From an uncultured Acidobacteriaceae bacterium (GTDB taxonomy: Bacteria > Acidobacteriota > Terriglobia > Terriglobales > Acidobacteriaceae), in the NCBI GenBank assembly GCA_963789625.1, contig CAWBLK010000015.1, positions 55,589 to 119,588 on the forward strand: a stretch of 64,000 bases of DNA. Direction: 5' to 3'. A program made the translations under genes and the position numbers. The notes under the pieces were generated by a model, which was not told the origin of the DNA, ran no database searches, and worked only from the letters and a program-made list of their open reading frames with translations. Shown one piece after another: positions 11,368 to 28,021 of this stretch (position 1 is the stretch's first letter; every line of letters begins with the position of its first letter).

Positions 11368-14300
11368 ATGACGTGGGCAGTTAATCTTGCTTTTCTTGTG
11401 TTGACCGTGGCATGTCTCCTCCCAGTGGGGGCACTGGCACAAGGCGAAACGACGAGCGCTATCGTTGGCGAAGTGAGGGATGTGACTAACGCAGGTGTGC
11501 CCGGCGCCACTGTGACGATCACCAATCATGAGACAGGTCTTAAGCGCAGCGCCAGAACCGATGACGCAGGCCGGTTCAATTTCCCACAATTAAAGCCTGG
11601 CGCCTACTCGGTCAAAGTGGAAGCTCTGGGTTTCGACTCACAGCAAAATGACAATGTCATTTCGGGTTTGGGCCAGAAGCAAACCGTGGATTTCACGCTC
11701 AAGATCGCTCGATCCAATGAAGGGGTGGAGGTAAGCGGTGAAGCCCCGCTCATCAACCCGGAAAATGCAAACACTTCCACCACTCTGAATGCGCCGGCGC
11801 TGGAAAATCTGCCGAATCCGGGCGGGGACTTGACCTACCCTTTGCAGTTCTCTCCTGGAGCCCTCATCAATACAGCGGGCAGCAGCAACGACTTCGTCGG
11901 CGGCACCAACGGGTACGGCAACGTGGAGTTTAACGGCTTGCCGGCCCTCTCAAACGGCTACATCGTGGACGGACTGGAAACCAACGACCCGCTCACCAAT
12001 CTAAACAGCGGCCTTTCCACAAACCTCGTCCTGGGATTGAATTCGATCTCCGAAGTGACCGTCAACACTCTTTCCTATTCCGTGGATCAAGGCCGCTATG
12101 GAGCCTCACAGATCAATTATGTAACCAAATCAGGCACGAATCAGTTGCACGGAAACCTTTACGAACTGTGGAACGGCGCGCTGCTCAATGCAGCGGACTA
12201 CTTCACCAACGCGACCCCAGGAAATCACAAGCCCGGATCAACCGTGAATCATTTTGGAGGCAGCGTGGGCGGGCCGATTGCGCACGACAAGCTATTTTTT
12301 TCTTTGACAGCGAGTGGGTGCGGATCGCGCTGCCCATCGTCACCCCAGAGGCGATCGTCCCAAAGTGCGCGCATTCCAAGCAATACGTTCTGGCAGAAAC
12401 TATCCGGCCGCAGTCGATCCCGTTTTATCAAAAGATGTTCTCGCTCTATGGAAATACCAGCGGCACACCCACCGCGATACTTGGCTGTCCGCTCGCGGCG
12501 AGCGAGGGTTGCGCCAACCGGCAGAGCGTTTCGCACTCCAGCGACGACCACGAGCAGGTGCAGACCGTCCGCGTCGACTACAACATCAACCAAAAAGATA
12601 CGACCTGGTTTCGTTTTCAGGCGGACACCGGTGTACAAGCAGCCTACACCGATCCCATCAACTCTTTGTTTGATGCTGTGTCTCCTCAGCCTCTCTATTC
12701 GTTTGCTGCAGGGCATACGCACGTCTTCTCGCAAAACCTCGTGAACTATTTCAATCCCGCATTCTCCTGGTACGAAAGCTTGTTTGGGCCAAATGACTTT
12801 CAGAAAACACTTTCGGCTTTCCCGATCGTATTGCAGGGCAGCGGCGCGAATCCCTTCACGCCCATCGGAGGGCTGGACAACACCTGGGTTCAAGGCCGGC
12901 GCGCATCACGGTTTTTCATCAATGACAATCTCGCCTGGAGCCATGGCGCTCACGAACTGCGGTTTGGAACCAATACCCGCATCTTCCGCCTAAACGACTA
13001 TGATTTCGATGAAGGCACGGTTCCGACCGTCACCTACGCGAACTTGCGGCAATTTATCCACGGAGTGGCGAATACCGCATCGGAGACATTCCCTTCGGAC
13101 CCCAACGAGCCCTTCAACTTTCTCAATCTCGATCTCTATGCGCAAGACACCTGGAAAGTGACTCGCAAACTGACCTGGACGTTCGGTGTGCGCGATACCT
13201 TCAACTCCAATCCGCTGAATCCGCACGATCAAGTCGCCCGTCTTAGTGGCTCTTTCAGCACCATTTCGCATGATGTCAATCAACCGCCGAACGCAACCAT
13301 TCAAACGCATCTCGGCCATCTGTTCTCGTCCACACCGCTGGCCATTCTCCAACCAAGAACAGCCATCGCGTGGCAGTTCGAGCCGAAATCTGTTCTCCGC
13401 ACCGGCTTCGGGATTTTCAGCGACATCCTGCCGGGCAGCGTGGCCGACCTGATTGGCATGAACCCTCCGTACGATAAGACGTTTCAAGGAGGACTTCTCG
13501 GCACCGTGGGCGGCGTGGCAATCGCGCCCGGAGTGCCCAACAGTGCCGTTGATGCAACTATCGCGGCAAATCGGCTTTTTACTTCGGGATTTCCAGAGGG
13601 CCAACTCTCATGCGCATCTCCCAACGCAGATCCCACAACATGCCTTCCGCCAGTTGCAATCACAGCCGTTCCCGACGGAAAACTCCACGCGCCCTACTTC
13701 ATGGAGTGGAGCTTTGGAATAGAACGTCAGTTCGGAACGACGGCCAGCTTGCAGGCGCAGTACGTCGGCACACGCGCGGTGAACCAGCCATACTCAACCC
13801 AGGTCAATGGCTACCAGACCGTGTGCAAGGGCTGTTTTGCGCCATTCCCCTACCTGCAGCCAACCGATCCACGATTCGGCGCTGTGACGCAATTCTCCAC
13901 TGGTGCGAACAGTCACTACAACGGCCTTCAACTCACCGCCATGAAGCGTCTCGGCCATGGCTTGCAAGGGCAGGTCAACTATACCTTCAGCCGTTGCATG
14001 GACACAGTCTCGAATGGCGGCTTTCTGCAATTCTCCGCGGGAGGAATTCTATCGCCGCTGCCGGGAGAATTGGCACGCGACTACGGTCCCTGTGATTACG
14101 ACATCCGGCACAATCTCAACGCGCAGTACGTGTATCAGGTGCCGGTCAAAGTGCGGAATCATTCTCTCGGCTATGCGCTGAATGGCTGGCAAATTTCTGG
14201 AACAGCGTTTTGGCATAGCGGAGTGCCTTTCTCAGTCGTGAGCACACCCTATTCGGCAACCAACCCCGGTACCGGCCAGGAAGAGGGAATTGTGCAGGGA

Positions 14301-14786
14301 AGTGGGCCGGAGTTCGCCAGTGTTGTTCCCGGTGTCTCGCTCTACCGGCATCATCCGATTCCGGATGTCACCCAGCCGGGAACGCTTCAGTGGCTCAATC
14401 CCGATGCTTTCATGTCGGCCGTCGATCCCGCCAGTGGTCAGTGCTACGGCGGCGACAGGCCGCAGAATTGCCAGTTCGGAAACCTGGAGCGCAACTCCGT
14501 GCGCGGGCCTGATTTTTTCTGGAGTGACTTTTACCTGACAAAATTGTTTGCCTTGACTGAGCATGTGAAGCTGCGGTTTGAGGGCCAGTTCTTTAATGTC
14601 TTCAATCACCCGAATTTTGCCCTTCCAAGCGTGGTGCAGGCGGGAATCCCAGGGCAACCGTCCACCCAAGCTGGATTCGGAGCGCTCACGTCCACGACTT
14701 CCCCGCCCACCGGCTTGCTCGGCGTGGGCTTGGGCGGCGACAGCACTCCCCGCATGATCGCCTTTCAGGCGCGGTTGGAATTCTGA
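11368..14786 (+). pseudogene. TonB-dependent outer-membrane receptor with N-terminal carboxypeptidase-regulatory-like domain; frameshift in a T7 run
   Basis: Signal peptide, then GEVRDVTNAGVPGATVTITNHETGLKRSARTDDAGRFNFPQLKPGAYSV. ORF 11368..12744 and ORF 12168..14786 join as ...GGPIAHDKLFFF/DSEWVRIALP... at T-run 12295..12301. The C-terminus ends ...AFQARLEF (terminal aromatic residue typical of beta-barrel OMPs). Confidence 0.75.
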
Positions 14787-15018
14787 ACATCCCAGGAATA
14801 GATCCACCCGGGCAGCGGGTCGCGATTTCACTTTTGCAAATAGATAACTAAAACAGGCGATGTCTGCCAAGAAAATCGATCAGAGATATTGATAGAAACG
14901 CGCATCCAGTGCGCCTTTTGGAGGTAAATCACGCGCAATACGAATTCATTTAGTGCATAATGTACGCCCATTTGTTTTGGTGGAACATCAAGCCATTGTC
15001 GACGAAAAAGGGAGGGTA

Positions 15019-16287
15019 ATGATGCAACATGAAGCTGGCTGTCGCGCTTGGGCGCGACGCGCTACCGTGATTCCTTTTATTCTTTTGTCCTTATTTGTGT
15101 TTCTTGCAATCGTGTCTCAACCGGCACAGTCGCAAACCTACAAGATCATTCACAACTTTACGAACAAAGGCAGCGATGGGGCGACTCCTTTTGGAGGGCC
15201 AGTCCTCGATCACGAAGGGAATCTTTACGGCACGACGTATACGGGAGGGATATATGGCAGCGGAAGTATCTACCGGCTTTCGCCCAGCTTCTTCTCCTGG
15301 AAATACACTTCGTTGTACAGCTTTAAGGCTGGAACGGATGGAGTCGGACCGGCTTTCGGTACTTTGGCTCTGAGCCCCGACGGCAATCTGTTCGGAACTA
15401 CCGAGGGAGGAGGATACTTCGGCACCGACTTTGAAATCTCTGCCTCTCAGGGTGGGGAAGTTCAGATTCACCGGTTTGGCATCGGCAAGGATGGAGCTCA
15501 GCCGATTGGCGGCGTGGTCCTTGATTCGGCAGGCAATCTTTATGGAACCACCAGCTTGGGTGGCGCCTATGGGAATGGCACTGTCTATATAGAGAAGCTG
15601 TCTGGCGATACGTGGACTGAGAAAACGATCTACAGCTTCATGGGTGGGAACGATGGCGAGAATCCGCCGGCAACCGTGACGCTGGATGGTCACGGCAACA
15701 TTTATGGTACGACCTCTCTTGGTGGTGCGAATGGCGATGGCGTGGTGTACAAACTTTCGCGCACCGGTTCCGGCTGGAAGCAGACCGTTCTATATACCTT
15801 CCAGGGTTTGTGGGACGGCCAAAATCCAGTTGGAGGCGTGGTTGTGGACCAGGCGGGCAATCTGTACGGCACTACCTTCGACGGCGGCGATAACGGCGGC
15901 GGCACAGTGTACGAATTGTCGCCTTCCGACGAAGGCTGGAGCTTTACCACGCTCTACAGCTTCACCGGCGGTTATGGCGGACCCTACAACAAACTCACAC
16001 TCGTCAATGGAAACCTTTACGGCTTTACCGAAGCCGAAGGTGCGAATGGTTTCGGCTCGGTATTCGAGCTAACTCCAGCAAATGGCGGCTGGACCTTTAC
16101 CGACCTCCACGACTTCGCCGGTGGCAGCGACGGCGCGCAGCCTTACGGCAGTCTGGCCGTGGATATTGATGGATATATTTTTGGCACAACCAACGAGGGC
16201 GGAAGCGACAACCAGGGTCTCGTGTTTGAGATTCATCCCGTGAAGCATGACGCGGTTGCGCGAAATTTGCCCGTTGTGATAACTTAA
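15019..16287 (+). CDS. Secreted GloVer-type tandem-repeat (beta-propeller-like) protein
   Basis: A GGAGGG Shine-Dalgarno site precedes ATG 15019, followed by a signal peptide. There are about eight ~50-aa repeats of the form YSF.GG.DG..P.GGV..D..GNLYGTT..GG..G.GTVY.L. Confidence 0.7.
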   Translation: MMQHEAGCRAWARRATVIPFILLSLFVFLAIVSQPAQSQTYKIIHNFTNKGSDGATPFGGPVLDHEGNLYGTTYTGGIYGSGSIYRLSPSFFSWKYTSLYSFKAGTDGVGPAFGTLALSPDGNLFGTTEGGGYFGTDFEISASQGGEVQIHRFGIGKDGAQPIGGVVLDSAGNLYGTTSLGGAYGNGTVYIEKLSGDTWTEKTIYSFMGGNDGENPPATVTLDGHGNIYGTTSLGGANGDGVVYKLSRTGSGWKQTVLYTFQGLWDGQNPVGGVVVDQAGNLYGTTFDGGDNGGGTVYELSPSDEGWSFTTLYSFTGGYGGPYNKLTLVNGNLYGFTEAEGANGFGSVFELTPANGGWTFTDLHDFAGGSDGAQPYGSLAVDIDGYIFGTTNEGGSDNQGLVFEIHPVKHDAVARNLPVVIT

Positions 16288-16356
16288 CTAATTGTCCCGG
16301 ACATGTGGAAGGGATCAAGGGTCTGCTTGTGCCCGAAAGGGTGCTTGTCCCAGCAT

Positions 16357-16432
16357 GCTGGCGTAGCTCAGGCGGTAGAGCACCTGATTTGTAATCAGGG
16401 GGTCAGGGGTTCAAATCCCTTCGCCAGCTCCA
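16357..16432 (+). tRNA. tRNA-Thr (anticodon UGU)
   Basis: Cloverleaf folded by hand. Acceptor GCTGGCG/CGCCAGC, anticodon stem CCTGA/TCAGG with loop TTTGTAA, T-loop GGTTCAAATCC, encoded CCA. Confidence 0.9.
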
Positions 16433-16736
16433 GCATATGCGTACCAAAGTCCGGAAATGAAATTCAAGTAGCGAATTTCCGGCAGACAGCAGGACTCGGC
16501 AAGTGGCGGCGCAACAGGTTTTTCCAACGCACTCCATTCGGAAGCATTCCGGCGTGTAGTGATCTTCGCGCGGTAAGCCGTAAGCGCGATTCTTGGTTTC
16601 CCTGGTTTGCGAAAGTCTGATTTCCGAAAGTCTGGTTAGCGAAAATGATTGCTGGACCGGAAGTAGAAGTGTGCTGCTTCGGTCCGCAGTTCGCGGGATT
16701 GCCTGCTGGAACGGTGGCTGCACCCGGCGAGTTTTT

Positions 16737-16825
16737 GCACAGGTGGGTGAGTGGTTAAAGCCAACAGACTGTAAATCTGTCCCTCCTAGCGAGGTACGAA
16801 GGTTCGAATCCTTCCCTGTGCACCA
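16737..16825 (+). tRNA. tRNA-Tyr (anticodon GUA), class II with long variable arm
   Basis: Acceptor GCACAGG/CCTGTGC, 3-bp D stem, anticodon stem ACAGA/TCTGT with loop CTGTAAA, variable arm CCTC..GAGG, T arm GAAGG TTCGAAT CCTTC, encoded CCA. Confidence 0.9.
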
Positions 16826-16910
16826 GATTGAGTTTTGCGGTAGCGTCGGTCTCTGGCCGGCTAGCCGCCGGGACGGAGGCGCTACTGTCGCGAGCGGTTT
16901 GGGCGGGATT

Positions 16911-17090
16911 ATGAGTCGCTTGGCCATGGCGTTGATTGCGTACGCGGTTCTGGGTGCGCTAGCTTTTGCGACGTTGAGCGATTTCCGCATCCGTTCGCTG
17001 ACGCTGTTGATTCTTGGACTGTTCGCTTTTAAGAGCTGGATGCACCGGAAAGAAGTGCTGCACCCGGATGGCAAAAGCGAATCGGATTGA
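16911..17090 (+). CDS. Possible 59-aa two-helix membrane peptide lying between tRNA genes
   Basis: ATG 16911 to TGA 17088..17090 encodes MSRLAMALIAYAVLGALAFATLSDFRIRSLTLLILGLFAFKSWMHRKEVLHPDGKSESD. It is the only protein-like part of track ORF 16593..17090, the rest of which overlaps tRNA-Tyr. Confidence 0.35.
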   Translation: MSRLAMALIAYAVLGALAFATLSDFRIRSLTLLILGLFAFKSWMHRKEVLHPDGKSESD

Positions 17091-17164
17091 AAGGTTTGAG
17101 CTGAAAGCTGATGCTTGCCCTGAGCTGTTAGGCGAAGGGGCTTAAGAGCTGACAGCTGTTTTAG

Positions 17165-17240
<76 letters not shown>

Positions 17241-17298
17241 GAGATTTGAAGGGTGGATTTGCTGAGGGCTGACAGCGGAAAGCTGACAGCTGGGTTTC

Positions 17299-17373
17299 GC
17301 GGGAGTAACTCAGTGGTAGAGTCACAGCCTTCCAAGCTGTTGGTCGCGGGTTCGATTCCCGTCTCCCGCTCCA
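17299..17373 (+). tRNA. tRNA-Gly (anticodon UCC)
   Basis: Acceptor GCGGGAG/CTCCCGC, anticodon stem ACAGC/GCTGT with loop CTTCCAA, T arm GCGGG TTCGATT CCCGT, encoded CCA. Confidence 0.9.
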
Positions 17374-17405
17374 TGGATCTAATGAAGGTGCGGTTCTAAA
17401 GCGAG

Positions 17406-17756
17406 ATGACGGTGGGCTTCGAGCAGGCGACGATTAAGATTGAGAAGCAGCAGGAATTTGCCAGGCTGCAAGCCGCTGTGGAACAGGCGTTCTTGCCTGA
17501 GAAGGCGGAGCGATTCCTGAAGCTGCTGAATCGCAAAGGAATTCGCGTTCGGGAGTTCGATCAAGTGCTGGCGGCCCGCGCGCTGGAAGATGCTCCGGGT
17601 GAATCGCGAGCTGGCTCAGATGTGAATGCGCAGCAGTTGTATCAGGCGCTGCCGGTTTCGGATCAGGCGCAGATGCGCGAGTTTTATCTGTCGAAACTGG
17701 AAGGCATCGACGTTGCGCTGCGGCACAAGTTTAAGAAGTTGTATCAGTATTACTAG
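17406..17756 (+). CDS. Hypothetical helical protein (116 aa) embedded between tRNA-Gly and tuf
   Basis: Clean ORF with coding-like, charged helical composition (…QQEFARLQAAVEQAFLPEKAERFLKLLNRKGIRVREFDQVL…). No family recognised. Confidence 0.45.
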   Translation: MTVGFEQATIKIEKQQEFARLQAAVEQAFLPEKAERFLKLLNRKGIRVREFDQVLAARALEDAPGESRAGSDVNAQQLYQALPVSDQAQMREFYLSKLEGIDVALRHKFKKLYQYY

Positions 17757-17760
17757 TAGC

Positions 17761-17846
17761 GTAGCGCCGGCGTCTCGCCGGCAGCAAATCTAGAAATTAC
17801 GCGGACGTAATGTTCGCAAGAAATGCCGGCGGGACGCCGGCGCTAC
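17761..17846. repeat. REP-like palindromic element (GTAGCGCCGGCG family), complete pair
   Basis: Arm GTAGCGCCGGCGTCTCGCCGGCA (17761..17783) and arm TGCCGGCGGGACGCCGGCGCTAC (17824..17846) are reverse complements with one mismatch. Confidence 0.75.
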
Positions 17847-17877
17847 AAATATTTGAGTTAGGAGCTAGAGCTGATTT

Positions 17878-19067
<1,190 letters not shown>

Positions 19068-19083
19068 GGAATGAATTTGTGGA

Positions 19084-19145
19084 GCGGGCGCCCTCGCCCG
19101 CTTTGCATGCAGCATCGATAAAGGCTCGCGGGCGAGGGCGCCCGC
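19084..19145. repeat. GC-rich 18-nt perfect inverted repeat downstream of tuf (possible terminator or REP)
   Basis: GCGGGCGCCCTCGCCCGC (19084..19101) and GCGGGCGAGGGCGCCCGC (19128..19145) are exact reverse complements. Each arm is itself near-palindromic. Confidence 0.6.
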
Positions 19146-19172
19146 GCCACACGAGCAGTATGGAGTTTTGAA

Positions 19173-19325
19173 ATGCCCCGAGAAATTGTTACATTGCAGT
19201 GCGGTGATTGCAAAGAGCGGAATTATTCGACGACCAAGAACCGGAAGACGACGACGGAACGGTTGGAGTTCAAGAAGTTCTGCAACCGTTGCCGCAAGCA
19301 TACGCCGCATAAAGAAGTGAAGTGA
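19173..19325 (+). CDS. rpmG: 50S ribosomal protein L33
   Basis: Hand translation gives [50 protein letters not shown] (50 aa, CxxC...CxxC zinc form). It sits in the canonical position between tuf and tRNA-Trp/secE and is too short for the ORF track. Confidence 0.85.
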   Translation: MPREIVTLQCGDCKERNYSTTKNRKTTTERLEFKKFCNRCRKHTPHKEVK

Positions 19326-19365
19326 GCCGTTTAGCGGGGGTGAGCGTAGCGGGAGCCCGCATGGC

Positions 19366-19401
19366 GTCATCCTGAGCGTTCTTTGCGAAGGATCTCAGGA
19401 C
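19366..19401. repeat. Short palindromic repeat of the GTCATCCTGAGCG...GAAGGATCTC type
   Basis: GTCATCCTGAGCGTTCTTTGCGAAGGATCTCAGGAC with inverted TCCTGAG/CTCAGGA. Related in its terminus to the GTCATTCCGA elements at 7105, 49187 and 57066. Confidence 0.45.
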
Positions 19402-19409
19402 AAGGGAAC

Positions 19410-19485
19410 AGGGGCGTAAGCTCAACGGTTAAACTGTCGGTCTCCAAAACCGAACTTGGGGGTTCGAATCCCTCCGCCCCTGCCA
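19410..19485 (+). tRNA. tRNA-Trp (anticodon CCA)
   Basis: Acceptor AGGGGCG/CGCCCCT, anticodon stem TCGGT/ACCGA with loop CTCCAAA, T-loop GGTTCGAATCC, encoded CCA. Confidence 0.9.
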
Positions 19486-19528
19486 GAATTTTGGAAGGAT
19501 GCTGGGAAGCGGTCAGGACAGGAACAGT

Positions 19529-19798
19529 ATGGGAGTGGAAACGAAGAAGATGGCAAACTCAATTACAGCCGCTGGCGGCAGTTTCGGAGAGCAGATTAAG
19601 TCCTGGCCGGAGCGTGTTAAGACGTTCTACAACGACGTGCGCACGGAGATGCGCAAAGTTACCGCGCCGTCGTGGAAAGAAGTGCAGGCAACCACTGCGG
19701 TGGTGGTGGTCACGGTGGCCCTTTTCGGAGTGTACTTTTACATCATCGACGGAGTGATTACTAAGGCGGTCGGCGCGTTGTACAGCTATTTCAAGTAA
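19529..19798 (+). CDS. secE: Preprotein translocase subunit SecE
   Basis: Canonical position before nusG. Contains ...FYNDVRTEMRKVTAPSWKEVQATTAVVVVTVALFGVYFYIIDGVI, with a single C-terminal TM. The start is ambiguous among ATG 19499, 19529 and 19550. Confidence 0.75.
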   Translation: MGVETKKMANSITAAGGSFGEQIKSWPERVKTFYNDVRTEMRKVTAPSWKEVQATTAVVVVTVALFGVYFYIIDGVITKAVGALYSYFK

Positions 19799-19949
19799 GC
19801 AGTAGCCCCAAGTCGGGCAATAGAGCGGCAACCGGAGTTTAACTTGATCATGCAGGACGAAGAAAAGAACGAAGCTGCCGCGGGCGGGGAGCAGTCACCC
19901 GAGCGCGGAGGGCGTTGCCGCAACCGGCGAGCCGCCCCGCAACCCGAAC

Positions 19950-20477
19950 ATGAAGTGGTACATCATCCACTCTTATTCCGGGTTCGAGCGCAAGGTGAAA
20001 GAGTCGCTGGAGTCGCGCGTCGCGGCTTTTGGCTTGCAGGACAAGATCGGCAAAGTGCTGATCCCGACCGAGTCGGTCACCGAAGTGCGAGGCGGGAAGA
20101 AATATACGTCGGAGCGCATGTTCTATCCCGGCTACGTGCTGGTGGAAATGGACATGGACGATCACGTCTGGCATGTGGTGAAGTCCACGCCGCGCGTAAC
20201 CGGTTTCGTGGGCACGGGCCAGCAGCCTACGCCGCTTTCCGACGAAGAAGTGCAGCACATCGTCTACAAAGTCGCCGACAGCCGCGAGAAGCCCAAGTTG
20301 AAAGTTAAGTTCGAGAAGAACGAAACCGTTCGCATCTCGGAAGGTCCGTTCGCAACCTTCACGGGATTGGTGGACGAAGTGAATGAGGATCGCGAAACAC
20401 TGAAAGTCATGGTAACGATTTTCGGCCGCTCGACGCCGGTTGAGTTGGAGTTCAACCAGGTGGAGAAAGTGGCGTAG
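19950..20477 (+). CDS. nusG: Transcription termination/antitermination factor NusG
   Basis: [21 protein letters not shown] (NGN domain) and the C-terminal KOW motif [40 protein letters not shown]. Confidence 0.92.
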   Translation: MKWYIIHSYSGFERKVKESLESRVAAFGLQDKIGKVLIPTESVTEVRGGKKYTSERMFYPGYVLVEMDMDDHVWHVVKSTPRVTGFVGTGQQPTPLSDEEVQHIVYKVADSREKPKLKVKFEKNETVRISEGPFATFTGLVDEVNEDRETLKVMVTIFGRSTPVELEFNQVEKVA

Positions 20478-20634
20478 TGGTTTTGGGAAGGGCCTGACTT
20501 CGGTCGGGCCGTTAAGAAGCCCGCACGAAACCGGGTTTCAGCCCCTGAGGGGGATTGGATTGTGTTTCGAATTATTGAGTTCGCAGATGTTGAGCCGAAA
20601 ATCCTAGACTCTCACTGCTGACGGAAAAGACATC

Positions 20635-21066
20635 ATGGCAAAGAAAGTTACAGGTTTCGTAAAGTTGCAGATCGCGGCGGGCAAGGCGACCCCGGCGCCT
20701 CCGGTGGGCCCGGCACTCGGCCAGGCGCAGATCAACATCATGGAGTTCTGCAAGCAGTTCAACGCCCGCACGAACCAGAAGGAAATGGAAGGGCTCATCA
20801 TTCCGGTCGTGGTGTCGGTTTACAGCGACCGGTCGTTCACCTTCATCACGAAGACTCCGCCGGCCTCGATTTTGTTGAAGCGCGCCGCTGGCATCGCCAA
20901 GGGATCGGGCACGCCCAACAAAGATAAAGTCGGCAAGGTGACGGTGAAGCAGGTGGAAGACATCGCGAAGCAGAAGATGCCGGATTTGAACGCCGCATCG
21001 ATTGACACTGCGATTAAGAGCATTCGAGGCACGGCGCGGTCGATGGGCATTGAAGTGGTTGGGTAG
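20635..21066 (+). CDS. rplK: 50S ribosomal protein L11
   Basis: [44 protein letters not shown]..., the canonical L11 N-terminus. Confidence 0.95.
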   Translation: MAKKVTGFVKLQIAAGKATPAPPVGPALGQAQINIMEFCKQFNARTNQKEMEGLIIPVVVSVYSDRSFTFITKTPPASILLKRAAGIAKGSGTPNKDKVGKVTVKQVEDIAKQKMPDLNAASIDTAIKSIRGTARSMGIEVVG

Positions 21067-21110
21067 CGCGGCCGTCTCGGCGGCCATTGCCGGCCAGAGG
21101 CCGGCGCTAC
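21063..21110. repeat. Degenerate REP-like element (GTAGCGC...GCGCTAC) overlapping the rplK stop codon
   Basis: GTAGCGCGGCCGTCTCGGCGGCCATTGCCGGCCAGAGGCCGGCGCTAC has the same termini as the 17761 and 23104 elements. Confidence 0.5.
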
Positions 21111-21179
21111 AAGTTTGCAGTCGAAAATAACTACGGCTCACCAGAATAACGATGAGCGGTGGGAGACGAGGAAAGCACA

Positions 21180-21887
21180 ATGAAAAAAGAAGGAAAGAAT
21201 ATCGCTAAGGCGCACGCATCAGTTGAGAAGCGTCCTTACACACTGCAGGATGCGGTTCCGCTTCTGCAAAAAGTCAAATTCGCAAAATTTGACGAAACCG
21301 TCGAAATCACTTTGCGGCTGGGAGTCGATCCCAAGCACGCCGACCAGATGGTGCGCGGAACGGTCGTTCTACCGCATGGTTTGGGTAAGTCGAAAAAAGT
21401 TCTGGTCATCGCCAGCGGTGACAAGATCAGAGAAGCGGAAGCCGCGGGTGCTGATTTCTTCGGCGGCGAAGAGCTGGTCGAGAAGATCACCAAGGAAAAC
21501 TGGACCGACTTTGACGCGCTCATCGCCACTCCCGATGTGATGAAATCCGTTGGACGACTCGGCAAGGTTCTCGGTCCCAAGGGCTTGATGCCGAATCCGA
21601 AGACTGGCACGGTGACTGTGGACGTGGCCAAGGCGGTGCAGGAAGTAAAGGCCGGTAAGGTTGAATTCCGTACCGATAAGACGGCCCTGGTGCATGTGCC
21701 GGTGGGAAAGATTTCGTTCACACCCGACAAACTGATCGAGAACGCGACGGTGCTGATCACCAGTGTGATCAAGGCCAAGCCATCAGTGGCGAAGGGCAAG
21801 TACATCAAGGGCTGCACGCTGAGTTCGACCATGGGGCCGGGGATTTTGCTGGATACGGCTCCGATTGAGACTGCGGCCAAGGCGTAA
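21180..21887 (+). CDS. rplA: 50S ribosomal protein L1
   Basis: [12 protein letters not shown]...[34 protein letters not shown]...[12 protein letters not shown] 21180 follows a GGGAGACGAGGAAAG Shine-Dalgarno region; the track ORF opens at 21159. Confidence 0.93.
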   Translation: MKKEGKNIAKAHASVEKRPYTLQDAVPLLQKVKFAKFDETVEITLRLGVDPKHADQMVRGTVVLPHGLGKSKKVLVIASGDKIREAEAAGADFFGGEELVEKITKENWTDFDALIATPDVMKSVGRLGKVLGPKGLMPNPKTGTVTVDVAKAVQEVKAGKVEFRTDKTALVHVPVGKISFTPDKLIENATVLITSVIKAKPSVAKGKYIKGCTLSSTMGPGILLDTAPIETAAKA

Positions 21888-21895
21888 TAGTAATT

Positions 21896-21933
21896 GCCGG
21901 GCTGCGCCCGGCGGACGGGCAAGAGTGCCCGTC
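21896..21933 (+). promoter_or_regulatory. Twin GC-rich hairpins in the rplA-rplJ spacer (candidate L10 leader / attenuator)
   Basis: GCCGGG-ctgcg-CCCGGC (21896..21912) is immediately followed by GACGGGC-aagagt-GCCCGTC (21914..21933), 30 nt upstream of the rplJ ATG. The function is inferred from position only. Confidence 0.3.
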
Positions 21934-21962
21934 CCCACACGAAATCATAAGAGGAATAAGCA

Positions 21963-22517
21963 ATGCCAGTTACTAGAGCACGAAAGAAGGAACAGGTCGA
22001 GAAGTTGAGCGCGGACCTGCAGAACGTTTCGAACGCCGTCGTGGCCACCTACAGCAAGCTGACGGTGGCTCAGGACTACGAGCTACGCAAGGCTCTGCGC
22101 GGCGCGGGCGCGAAGTATCAAGTCGTGAAGAACACGCTGGCCGAGCTCGCGGCGAAGGGTACCAAAGTCGAGGAAGGGTTGAAGAACCTCACCGGCGTCA
22201 CCTCGATCGCCTACACCACGGGTGATCCTGTGGCCATGGCCAAGGCGCTCACCAAATACGCCAAGGACACGCCGGAGTTCACCTTCAAGGTGGGCGTGGT
22301 CGAAGGCCGCGTGATCTCGATCAAAGAGATCGAGGCGCTGGCCAGCATGCCGTCGAAGGAAGAGCTCTACTCCAAGCTGCTGTTCCTCATCAACGCTCCG
22401 GCGCAGCGGCTGGTGACGGTGATGAATGCCGTGGGGCGCGATGTCGCGGTTGTCCTCGGCCAGGGCGTGGAGAAGGGCAAGTTCGCTGGCGACGCACCTG
22501 CTGAAGCGCAGGCTTAA
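21963..22517 (+). CDS. rplJ: 50S ribosomal protein L10
   Basis: 184-aa ORF between rplA and rplL with L10-like sequence (...[21 protein letters not shown]...[13 protein letters not shown]). Confidence 0.9.
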   Translation: MPVTRARKKEQVEKLSADLQNVSNAVVATYSKLTVAQDYELRKALRGAGAKYQVVKNTLAELAAKGTKVEEGLKNLTGVTSIAYTTGDPVAMAKALTKYAKDTPEFTFKVGVVEGRVISIKEIEALASMPSKEELYSKLLFLINAPAQRLVTVMNAVGRDVAVVLGQGVEKGKFAGDAPAEAQA

Positions 22518-22520
22518 TAG

Positions 22521-22541
22521 CCGACGGGACGCCGGCGCTAC
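22521..22541. repeat. Solo arm of the REP-like GTAGCGCCGGCG family
   Basis: CCGACGGGACGCCGGCGCTAC lies directly after the rplJ stop and is nearly identical to arm 17826..17846. Confidence 0.5.
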
Positions 22542-22713
22542 AAGTTCGGGACTGTGAGAGTCGTCCGAAGAGGTTTGGTTATCACGAGGTCAGGGGTTGC
22601 GCGGTTTTGATCCGGGCGTTGTCTGGCGCCGGGAAATGAGCCAGACGCACTGGAAACCCGGCTAAGGATAACGAAAGCAAGCAAATTCATAACTCGAAGA
22701 GTGGAGAACTAAC

Positions 22714-23097
22714 ATGGCAGATTTACAACAGATCGAAGATTCAATCGTAGGCTTGTCGCTGCTGGATGCGGCACAGCTGGTGAAGAAACTCGAAGCGCGG
22801 CTCGGCGTATCAGCAGCAGCGGCAGCCCCGGTGATGGTAGCCGGCGGTGGCGCGGCGGCAGCTGGTGCGGCTCCGGCCGAGGAGAAGACGGAGTTTACCG
22901 TCGTCCTCAAAGAAGTCGGCGCCAACAAGATCAACGTGATCAAGGCCGTCCGCGAAGTCACCAGCCTGGGCTTGAAGGAAGCCAAGGAGTTGGTGGATGG
23001 AGCGCCCAAGAGCATCAAGGAAGGCGTTTCCAAGGACGAAGCCGAGACCATCAAGAAGAAGTTCACCGAGGCTGGCGCCGTCGTCGAAGTGAAATAG
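22714..23097 (+). CDS. rplL: 50S ribosomal protein L7/L12
   Basis: Ala-rich hinge [24 protein letters not shown], then C-terminal domain [56 protein letters not shown]. Confidence 0.95.
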   Translation: MADLQQIEDSIVGLSLLDAAQLVKKLEARLGVSAAAAAPVMVAGGGAAAAGAAPAEEKTEFTVVLKEVGANKINVIKAVREVTSLGLKEAKELVDGAPKSIKEGVSKDEAETIKKKFTEAGAVVEVK

Positions 23098-23103
23098 CTT
23101 TTC

Positions 23104-23194
23104 GTAGCGCTGGCCTCTGGCCGGCAATCTCGAGGGCATCCTCGCCGAAGGCGGCGAGGAGTTGCCGTGAGAGCCGCCGGGACGGTGGTGCTAC
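23104..23194. repeat. REP-like palindromic element (GTAGCGC family) with internal hairpin, downstream of rplL
   Basis: Arms GTAGCGCTGGCCTCTGGCCGGCA (23104..23126) and GCCGCCGGGACGGTGGTGCTAC (23173..23194) flank the hairpin CCTCGCC-gaaggc-GGCGAGG. Confidence 0.6.
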
Positions 23195-23557
23195 AAAATT
23201 ATTTACGTTCTAGTTGTGAAGCCGGGGCGGTGGTGTTAGCATCTATATAACACCGCTTCTCCTGGCCTCACTCAAACGCGGGCGAGACCCGCAGGGAAGC
23301 TTGGGCACTGTTCCGTGGGCAGGCGGAACGGAAACGGCCGAAGGAAACTGGCGCGAAAGATACAAATCAAGATTGGCGAAACGCCTTGCATGGCGTCTGC
23401 GGGATATCTTGTCCCTGCAGGCGCCCCGTCGTGTTTTCCGGCATAAACAGGTTCGTAACAACGTCTTAGCAGCGCGGCGCCCAGGGGCGCCCAACATTCT
23501 GCAAACCGCGGGTAATCGCAGCGCACGGCTGCGCCTGACATTTGGGAGTTCTTAACG

Positions 23558-28021
<4,464 letters not shown>

